Source of the DNA: Enterobacteria phage vB_EcoM_IME540
Strand: one strand, 5' to 3'
DNA: 64,000 nucleotides
Sequence record: MT150133.1
Every line of letters starts with the position of its first letter. Within the stretch, counting starts at the first letter, position 1. Position numbers and translations under genes: made by a program. The notes beneath the pieces are model-generated. The model was given only the letters and a program-made list of their open reading frames with translations. It did not search any database and was not told the origin of the DNA. Positions 56,749-64,000 of this stretch are shown piece by piece.

Positions 56749-57185
56749 CCTAATTTTTTCAGTGAGTTTTCGGTAATCAATCTGAAATTAATTCCCATTT
56801 TATCTGCTGTAGCTTTAGCAGCTTTCCATTTATCTTTATTTACACTCCATGTATAATGTTCGTTGATATATCTCTTTTTAGCAGCTGTAGTCATTTTAGC
56901 AGGCGCCGCTGGAGGATGGGTCTCTTTAAAAGGTTTGACTTCGAAAAAGAATTGTTGACCATTGTCGAACTTCACCCAGAAGTCCATAAAATACCGACGT
57001 TTCTTTCCATCAGCGTTACTAAAATATGGAATCACAACCTCTTCCGAGTTCCACTGGACGACATTAGGATGGTTATCAAGCCAACGCATAAGCCATGCTT
57101 CCCAAGAGGAACGATATTGGATTTTCTTCCAATCACCTTTATATTTTTGTAAGTTTGTAGGTTTAAATTTCCCTGAGTAGGCCAT
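56736..57185 (-). CDS. 4: head completion protein gp4
   Basis: 149 aa, syntenic; size matches T4 gp4; GGAGGCACTATG initiation region. Confidence 0.8.
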
Positions 57186-57230
57186 AGTGCCTCCTTATAA
57201 ATATTAATATTATTTATACTCGGAGGCACT
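57186..57230. promoter_or_regulatory. divergent late promoter region between genes 4 and 53
   Basis: TATAAATA on both strands (57196-57203 plus; about 57209-57216 minus) flanked by inverted repeat TAGTGCCTCC / GGAGGCACTA carrying both SDs. Confidence 0.55.
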
Positions 57231-57833
57231 ATGCTCTTCTCATTTTTCGATCCCATCGATTACGAATCAAAAACAGTCAAGCCAGATTCCGGCTCATTAA
57301 CTGATGCCGATGTACTGAGCGTACCGATGACTGATATATTTAGAAACTATAAAGAATATTTTGATAAAGTGGCTAAAAATTATACACTTAAAACATATTA
57401 TATCAGTGGGGCCCCTCGTCCAGAAGAATTAGCCCATCAACTTTATGGTAACGTGCAATTATATTGGGTCCTTTTAATGTGTAACAATATCTATGACCCT
57501 TATTACGGCTGGATTACAGGCCAAGAATCTGCGTATCAAGCAGCTATTCAACGTTATGCTACTGCAGGCGGAAACCAAGTCCTTTATCATGTCAATGAAA
57601 AGGGTGAGAAATTCTGGAATCTAGTAAATACTCCGGAAAATCCTTATACTTGGTACGATAAAGGTGATACAGAAAAACGTTATCCTCAATATGAAGGTCC
57701 TTTGGCTGCAGTAGATATTTACGAGGACGCCATTCGTAAAAATGAATATAAGCGCGAAATAAAGATTATAGACCCTAATGACATCGAGTCCTTTGTTTCC
57801 GCTTTAATTAGAGAAATGGAGAAGTCACTCTAA
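57231..57833 (+). CDS. 53: baseplate wedge protein gp53
   Basis: 200 aa, syntenic immediately before gene 5; late promoter upstream. Confidence 0.8.
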   Translation: MLFSFFDPIDYESKTVKPDSGSLTDADVLSVPMTDIFRNYKEYFDKVAKNYTLKTYYISGAPRPEELAHQLYGNVQLYWVLLMCNNIYDPYYGWITGQESAYQAAIQRYATAGGNQVLYHVNEKGEKFWNLVNTPENPYTWYDKGDTEKRYPQYEGPLAAVDIYEDAIRKNEYKREIKIIDPNDIESFVSALIREMEKSL

Positions 57834-58468
57834 TGTTTTATTACGTCTATAAAATAACCAATATAATTAATGGTAAATTTTATATCGGTGCTCATAGTAC
57901 ATCAAATATGGATGACGGTTATATGGGCTCAGGTAAATTAATTAAACGCGCTATACTAAAATATGGCATTGAAAATTTCAAAAAAGAAATATTAAAATTT
58001 GTTGATTCTAAAAAAGAAATGTATGAACTCGAAAAAGAACTTGTTGTCCTTACTGAAAATTCATACAATTTAAAACCGGGCGGTTCCGGTGGGTTTTTAA
58101 AACATGATAACTTTAAAGGCAGGTCCCATAGTCAGAAAACCAAAGATATTATGAGCGCTAATAACTCAGGCAAAAACAATCCTATGTATGGTAGAAAACG
58201 AGACCAACACGGAGAAAAAGCACCTAATTATGGTAAAAAGTGCTCTGAGGCTAAAAGAAAATTACTTTCTGAAAAATCTAAATCCTATTTTGAAAACCTT
58301 CAAACCATAACTAAAAATCTCGGCTTTGGTCCTACATCGGTTGAAACTAGATATGTATCAAGACATATTAAAAAGCTAGGATTAGATTTTTATAAATTTA
58401 ATCGTGATATAACAGAAACTAATGTTTCCATAGTTAGAAATATTTTAGAACAAAGGAAAGCGCTATGA
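57833..58468 (+). mobile_element. GIY-YIG homing endonuclease (Seg-like) between genes 53 and 5
   Basis: YKITNIINGKFYIGAHST...DGYMGSG; shares a nucleotide with the gp53 stop (TAATG at 57833). Confidence 0.8.
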
Positions 58469-60207
58469 TTAACATGTCTGATAATGTAAGTTGGTTCGTC
58501 GGTGTGGTTGAAGACCGTATGGACCCACTCCAACAAGGACGCGTTCGAGTTCGTGTCTGGGGCCTGCATCCTTACGAAAAGGTCCAAGGTCCTGTAAAAG
58601 GCCTTCGTACAGAGGATTTACCGTGGATGTCCGTATTAATGCCTACATCTTCTGCCTCTGTTTCTGGTATCCAAACCGCTATGACTGGTATGGTTCCAGG
58701 TACTCAGGTTTATGGGCACTTTCTTGATAAGTGGAAATTAAACGGGCTTGTCCTCGGTACATATGGTTCCGCTTCAAGACAAAAGGCTAATCCTAATGAA
58801 GGTTTTAGTGACCCGACAGGTCAATACCCACTTTATTTGGGTAATGATGCTGCAGCACTAAACCGAGGTGGTGAAGTTGGATACGATGCCACTTCTAACG
58901 TAATACAAGATGCAAACACCGATGTAGGTATTAACCCAGACGGTTTGGATTTGAGCCAAGTCAAGCCTGATGATAATCCTAATTTCACAATAGAAAACAT
59001 GCTTCATCGTGATGAAGGGCTTAGACTGAAGGTATATTGGGATACCGAAGGTTATCCTACTATAGGTATAGGCCACCTTATCACACCACAACCTATTAGA
59101 GATATGAATCGAATAAACAAAATATTATCTAATCAGGTAGGACGAGAAGTTAAAGGTAACCCTGGTGCAATATCAATGGATGAGGCTTCTAAATTATTCC
59201 AAGAAGACCTTAAAAAAGTCCAAAACGATATAGGTCGGCATAGTGTTGTAGGTCCTGTTTACAATAAAGAAAACCGTTCAAGACAAATGGCTCTTGAAAA
59301 CATGGCTTTCCAAATGGGATTAGGTGGATTGGCTAAATTCCGTGGAATGCTTAGTGCAATGCTAATAGGCGATTATAAAAAGGCATTTGAGGAAGCTCGT
59401 AATTCAGTATGGTTTAACCAAACTAAAGGTCGCGCATCAAGGGTGTCAATGATTATCCTCACAGGTAACATGGAATCATATGGTATTATGGCCCCTAAAG
59501 AAAGGTCATTTAATGGCCGTTCGTATAGAATGATTCAAACCTTTGTGGCCCCTACAAATTCAGACCCTGCCGACCCGTGGACTCCAGAAGACACAAGGAT
59601 TCTTTTTAAAGAACCTGATTCTAGTTATAAAGGCGAATATCCATATGTCCAAACCATGCAAACTGAAGGCGGGCATATCCAAGAATTCGATAATACCCCA
59701 GGGCAAGAACGATACCGTTTAATCCATCCTACCGGTAGTTATGAAGAAGTTGCTCCTGACGGACGTAAAACTTCTAAGACGGTAGCCGATGGTTATTATA
59801 TGACCCAAGGCGATTCAAATACTTATGTTGGTGGTAATAATAAGGTCAATATAGGCGGCGATGAAACCTATTATAATATGGCAAACGTTCGTCGTCAAAC
59901 TGACGGGTCTGAAAGCATCCATATTCGTGGTAATGAAACTAAAACAGTAGAAGGTGACGGAACCCTTATTGTTAAAGGAAACGTAACAATTCTTGTCGAG
60001 GGTAGTGCTGATATAACTGTTAAGGGCGATGCTAAAACATTAGTTGAAGGCAATCATGACTATACCGTAAATGGAAACGTTAAATGGTCTGTAAATGGAA
60101 ACGTTGATATGACTGTTGCAGGTAATTGGTCTGAAACTATGTCAACTATGAGTTCTATTGCATCAGGTCAATATACTATTGATGGTTCGAGGATTGACAT
60201 TGGCTAA
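58465..60207 (+). CDS. 5: baseplate hub / tail lysozyme gp5
   Basis: 580 aa; N-terminal NVSWFVGVVEDRMDPLQQGRVRVRVWGLH OB-fold region, central lysozyme domain, C-terminal beta-helix repeats. Confidence 0.95.
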   Translation: MINMSDNVSWFVGVVEDRMDPLQQGRVRVRVWGLHPYEKVQGPVKGLRTEDLPWMSVLMPTSSASVSGIQTAMTGMVPGTQVYGHFLDKWKLNGLVLGTYGSASRQKANPNEGFSDPTGQYPLYLGNDAAALNRGGEVGYDATSNVIQDANTDVGINPDGLDLSQVKPDDNPNFTIENMLHRDEGLRLKVYWDTEGYPTIGIGHLITPQPIRDMNRINKILSNQVGREVKGNPGAISMDEASKLFQEDLKKVQNDIGRHSVVGPVYNKENRSRQMALENMAFQMGLGGLAKFRGMLSAMLIGDYKKAFEEARNSVWFNQTKGRASRVSMIILTGNMESYGIMAPKERSFNGRSYRMIQTFVAPTNSDPADPWTPEDTRILFKEPDSSYKGEYPYVQTMQTEGGHIQEFDNTPGQERYRLIHPTGSYEEVAPDGRKTSKTVADGYYMTQGDSNTYVGGNNKVNIGGDETYYNMANVRRQTDGSESIHIRGNETKTVEGDGTLIVKGNVTILVEGSADITVKGDAKTLVEGNHDYTVNGNVKWSVNGNVDMTVAGNWSETMSTMSSIASGQYTIDGSRIDIG

Positions 60208-60241
60208 TATCCTACCGATGAGCACTGATTTAGGAGATTCC

Positions 60242-60739
60242 ATGGAAGGAAGCTCTATCGATGTTACGTTTACCGCTCAACTAGAAACAAACGAAACATT
60301 AGTCGAAATAAATATAACAGAATATGAGCCAACAGAAGGCATCACAGTTGATGGAGCTCATTTATATGGAACCTACGAATCGGTATTTGGATTCTCTGAG
60401 GATGCATTAAAATACCGATTAGGTGACGAATTTAAAACTGCTGGTTCATGGAAAGATTTACCGGAGGACGAGAGCACCCAATTATACCTCTGGAAAGCCC
60501 CTAGTAATCTCCAGAAGACTTTTTCTTATACGGTCACATTAATCTATGACTTTCAGGAAGAGACGTCAGGAGGTGATACAGGGAACTCAGGAGGTAGTAA
60601 TTCCAGAGCCGGTAACGAAACCGATCCGCCTCCTGCTCCAATAAGAAAAACCCTTACTAAGGTTTATACCAAGGTTATAGTGGGTAATTGGAGTCGCTGG
60701 GGAGACCAATTAAGAGAATATGTATATGCGAGGCCATAA
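60242..60739 (+). CDS. gp5.1-like protein
   Basis: start trimmed to the ATG after AGGAG SD at 60232-60236; syntenic between 5 and 5.4. Confidence 0.5.
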   Translation: MEGSSIDVTFTAQLETNETLVEINITEYEPTEGITVDGAHLYGTYESVFGFSEDALKYRLGDEFKTAGSWKDLPEDESTQLYLWKAPSNLQKTFSYTVTLIYDFQEETSGGDTGNSGGSNSRAGNETDPPPAPIRKTLTKVYTKVIVGNWSRWGDQLREYVYARP

Positions 60740-61032
60740 TGTCGGGCTTAAGTTATAACCAATGCGTAACCGCAGGTCATGAAGCATGGCCTCCTACAGT
60801 AATAAACGCCACCCAAGGTAAAGTATTTACGGGTGGTATTCCTGTATTAGTAGATGGTGACCCTATTACAGAACACACCGAAATTAAAAAACCATATGAA
60901 ACCCATGGTGGGGTAACCCAACCTAGAACATCAAAGGTATATGTTACAGGCAAAAAGGCCGTCCAGATGGCAGACCCTATTTCGTGCGGAGATACAGTCG
61001 CACAAGCCTCATCTAAAGTATTCATAAAATAG
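60739..61032 (+). CDS. 5.4: PAAR-repeat spike tip protein gp5.4
   Basis: [21 protein letters not shown]... near-identical to T4 gp5.4; start trimmed to the internal ATG (97 aa). Confidence 0.9.
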   Translation: MSGLSYNQCVTAGHEAWPPTVINATQGKVFTGGIPVLVDGDPITEHTEIKKPYETHGGVTQPRTSKVYVTGKKAVQMADPISCGDTVAQASSKVFIK

Positions 61033-61040
61033 GAATTAAA

Positions 61041-62999
61041 ATGGCTACTCCTACGAATTACCAATTAACAAGAACCGTTAACGCTATCCCAAAAGTATTT
61101 GTGGGAGCTACGTTTGAAGAGATTAAAAAGAATATTATCGATTGGCTTTCTAGTCAGAAAGAATTCCAGGATTATGATTTCGTAGGTTCGCGAATGAATA
61201 TCCTGATTGACATGTTAGCTTACAATACCCTGTATATGCAGCAATTTGCTAACACTGCTGTATATGAATCATTTATTGGCACAGCTAACTTGCGTTCCTC
61301 TGTAGTCCAGGCTGCACAGGATAATGGCTACCTTCCTAGTTCTAAATCAGCAGCAAAAACAAGTATCATGTTGACCTGTACCCAGGCTCTTAATGAAAAG
61401 AATATTCGTATCCCACGTGGTACTAAATTCTTGGCTTATGCCCGTGATACTTCGGCCGACCCGTATGCTTTTGTTACCACGGAAAACGTTATTGCCGTAC
61501 GTGATGTTAACAACCAATATCTTCCTATTGTATCTTTAGCACAGGGTCGTATTATCCGTACCGAACTCAAGTATGACCCTAAAACTCCTATTCTTATTCG
61601 CGACCCGGATATCGACCGTCAAGAAGTTAAGCTTTATGTTGATGGTGCAGAATGGATTAACTGGACTAATAAATCAATGGTTCACGCTGGTAGCACATCT
61701 ACCATTTATTATATGCGCGAAACCGTAGATGGTAATACAGAATTCTTCTTTGGTGAGGGTGAAGCTGAGAAATCTGTTGCTGGTGGAGTATTGGAAGCTA
61801 ATTATATTGGTGGTCTAAAACCGGTTAAAGATTCTACCATTGTTATAGAATACCTTCGAACAGATGGTGAAGTTGCAAACGGTGCAGTTGACTTTAGTTA
61901 TGCTGACTCCTTAGCATATATTACGGTAGAAAAAATTACTGAAAACTACAACAACGACCCTGATTATGTGGGTGCTGATGGTGGTGGTGACCCTGAAGAT
62001 ATTGAACGTATTCGTGAATTGGCTGTAGTTAAGCGCGAAGCCCAGATGCGTGCTGTAACTGGTACAGATTATGATACATTCGTTTCGGAACGATTTGGGT
62101 CTATTGTACAAGCAGTACAAACCTTTACCGATTCAAATAAACCAGGTTATGCTTTTGTTACTATTAAGCCTAAATCCGGATTATATTTGACGGCGGTACA
62201 ACGCGAAGATATCCAAAATTATCTTTCAGAATTTAACTTGGCACCTATTACTCCTTCGGTTATTTCTCCTGACTACTTGTTCTTGAAGCATAAAATTAAG
62301 GTTTCATATGCACTGAACAAATTACAGGAATCTGAACAGTGGTTGTCAGCCCAAATCCTTTCCCAAATAGACCGTTATTATATTAACGAAGTTGAGATAT
62401 TCAACCATGGGTTCGCTAAGTCTAAAATGTTGTCTTATATTGATAATGCCGACCATAGTATCCTTGGTTCTTCTGCTACGGTGACCATGGTTCGCGAGGT
62501 ATTGAACTTTTTCAAAACACCTGAATCAGGTATTAAATACTATAATCAATACACCAACCGTTCTGTAGCTTCTAGTGAATTTGAGTTCGTCCCAACAAAC
62601 GTATCTGATGATATTAAATCTTATAACGTGCGTATTGTTGCTACAGATAAAGACGAACGGGGCGATGGTAAAATGGTTATAGGTCCTTTCCGACCTGGTG
62701 ATGTAATTGAAAACCAATACATCCAACCTTATACCGGAGATGACTTCGATAAAATGGCAGCGCCTGCAGACCAATCAGTTTACTATGTTATTGGCGAAAT
62801 TGATTATTACTCAGACTTTATTTTCTGGGATATCGCCGCAATAGGCCTTACTTCAGATCGTTTTGAAGTCCAGTCTATTGAACTTTATGCAGGGCCAGAC
62901 CAAGACAACATCTTTACCAAAGACGGTTCTTTAATCGTATTTGAAGATGACCTTCGCCCTCAGTACACAACTATAGAGTTGGAACCCATTACAATATAA
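61041..62999 (+). CDS. 6: baseplate wedge protein gp6
   Basis: 652 aa, syntenic; size matches T4 gp6 (660 aa). Confidence 0.9.
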   Translation: MATPTNYQLTRTVNAIPKVFVGATFEEIKKNIIDWLSSQKEFQDYDFVGSRMNILIDMLAYNTLYMQQFANTAVYESFIGTANLRSSVVQAAQDNGYLPSSKSAAKTSIMLTCTQALNEKNIRIPRGTKFLAYARDTSADPYAFVTTENVIAVRDVNNQYLPIVSLAQGRIIRTELKYDPKTPILIRDPDIDRQEVKLYVDGAEWINWTNKSMVHAGSTSTIYYMRETVDGNTEFFFGEGEAEKSVAGGVLEANYIGGLKPVKDSTIVIEYLRTDGEVANGAVDFSYADSLAYITVEKITENYNNDPDYVGADGGGDPEDIERIRELAVVKREAQMRAVTGTDYDTFVSERFGSIVQAVQTFTDSNKPGYAFVTIKPKSGLYLTAVQREDIQNYLSEFNLAPITPSVISPDYLFLKHKIKVSYALNKLQESEQWLSAQILSQIDRYYINEVEIFNHGFAKSKMLSYIDNADHSILGSSATVTMVREVLNFFKTPESGIKYYNQYTNRSVASSEFEFVPTNVSDDIKSYNVRIVATDKDERGDGKMVIGPFRPGDVIENQYIQPYTGDDFDKMAAPADQSVYYVIGEIDYYSDFIFWDIAAIGLTSDRFEVQSIELYAGPDQDNIFTKDGSLIVFEDDLRPQYTTIELEPITI

Positions 63000-63026
63000 G
63001 CCTCTTCGGAGGTTTAAGGAGATTTA

Positions 63027-64000
63027 ATGTCTGTACAAGCGCCTTATGTTACTAGTCTGAGAATTGATAAACTCTCGGCTAACCATGTGAGCATTCTTTG
63101 GGATGACGTAGGCGCCAACTTCTATTATTTTGTAGAACTGGCCCAAACGAAGGATGCGGGTGTAGAAATTCCCGACGATAGATTATTTTGGAGAAATTTA
63201 GGTTACACCCCTAACAACGAATGGTTTGAAGAGGCATTCATTTCTCCTAATTCGTTTTATAAAATGCGAGTTGCGGTGGCAGCCCAGGGGTTTGAGCAGT
63301 CTGAATGGGTTTATACTGAAGAATTTGAAACTTTCTCTACCAACGCATATACATTTGAGCATATGCGTGAATTCACTTTGTCTAATAAGTTTATTGAAGA
63401 AAAATTCACAAACAATAACCAGAATTATGTGAACTTTAATACTGACGCCATTATGGCTTCTTTGATGAGTGAAGATTTTAACTTTACCCCTGCATATTCG
63501 CATTTGTCATCTATATCGAATTATGTTTTAAAAGCCGATCGTTTCCATGAAATCCAAGGAAGCATCCAAGCTGTTTGTAAAGACCCTAAACGTTCTATTT
63601 TAATGGAACTTGGTGGTGTACTTTACCTTTTAGAAAGATTCCAAAGCACCGCTAAGGTTTCTAATGATAAAGGGCAGAACTGGCATTATATCCGTTTGTT
63701 TAATGACCGGGTAGGTAATCCTGTTTCACGTACGGTACATTACCAAACCGACACGACCACTTATGTTCTAGGTTATGACCAAATATTTTACGGGCGTAAA
63801 TCAAGTGATATTCGTTGGTCTGCTGATGATGTTAGATTTAGTTCCCAAGATGTAACATTTGCTAAAATCGGTAGTGATATTGACCTTCCATTTGAAATCG
63901 AGATATTTGGTTCTTATGCGAAACTTCCTTTGCCTATTTCCACTATTGCTGAAGCTATGTGTGCTTCGGACGATTTCATTTATGTTGCAGGTAGAGACAG
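63027..64000 (+). CDS. 7: baseplate wedge protein gp7 (5' partial, runs off window)
   Basis: open frame from the ATG at 63027 (AAGGAG SD) to the window end; syntenic after gene 6; not in the ORF track because it has no stop. Confidence 0.8.
   Translation, partial: MSVQAPYVTSLRIDKLSANHVSILWDDVGANFYYFVELAQTKDAGVEIPDDRLFWRNLGYTPNNEWFEEAFISPNSFYKMRVAVAAQGFEQSEWVYTEEFETFSTNAYTFEHMREFTLSNKFIEEKFTNNNQNYVNFNTDAIMASLMSEDFNFTPAYSHLSSISNYVLKADRFHEIQGSIQAVCKDPKRSILMELGGVLYLLERFQSTAKVSNDKGQNWHYIRLFNDRVGNPVSRTVHYQTDTTTYVLGYDQIFYGRKSSDIRWSADDVRFSSQDVTFAKIGSDIDLPFEIEIFGSYAKLPLPISTIAEAMCASDDFIYVAGRD

Noticed and set aside
57032-57256. 74-aa minus-strand ORF spanning the gene 4 / gene 53 junction
   Set aside because: It overlaps both conserved genes and the divergent promoter region; no independent support.

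Overview
This window is a contiguous segment of a T4-like (Tevenvirinae-type) myovirus genome. Identifications rest on my recollection of phage T4 protein sequences and gene order, plus motifs read directly from the ORF translations; no database search was run. Coordinates I refined by hand (trimmed starts, small ORFs, RNAs, motifs) may be off by 1-3 nt. Positions 1-57200 are a minus-strand early/middle block in T4 order: dmd-like, 41, 40, uvsX, 42, imm, 43, regA, 62, 44, 45, rpbA, 46, 47, 55, 49, nrdC, tk, regB, denV, e, nudE, a tRNA/stable-RNA locus, 57B, 57A, 1, 3, 2, 4. Positions 57231-64000 are plus-strand late baseplate genes 53, 5, 5.1, 5.4, 6 and the 5' part of 7. The most interesting accessory content is a candidate sugar-nucleotide / DNA-hypermodification module at 3742-7922: a dCMP hydroxymethylase next to a TMK-like P-loop kinase, a small HAD phosphatase, a fused nucleotidyltransferase-kinase, and an unknown 297-aa protein where T4 carries beta-gt, with no alpha-gt-sized ORF between 55 and 47. 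Other accessory features are five homing-endonuclease genes, four internal-protein-like genes with a capsid-targeting leader, a macro-domain protein, a tandem array of four small paralogs, and about 15 copies of a highly conserved early-promoter element. The regulatory architecture includes UUCG-tetraloop terminators, a late promoter embedded in an SD-sequestering hairpin ahead of lysozyme, and a late gene insulated by duplicated terminators.
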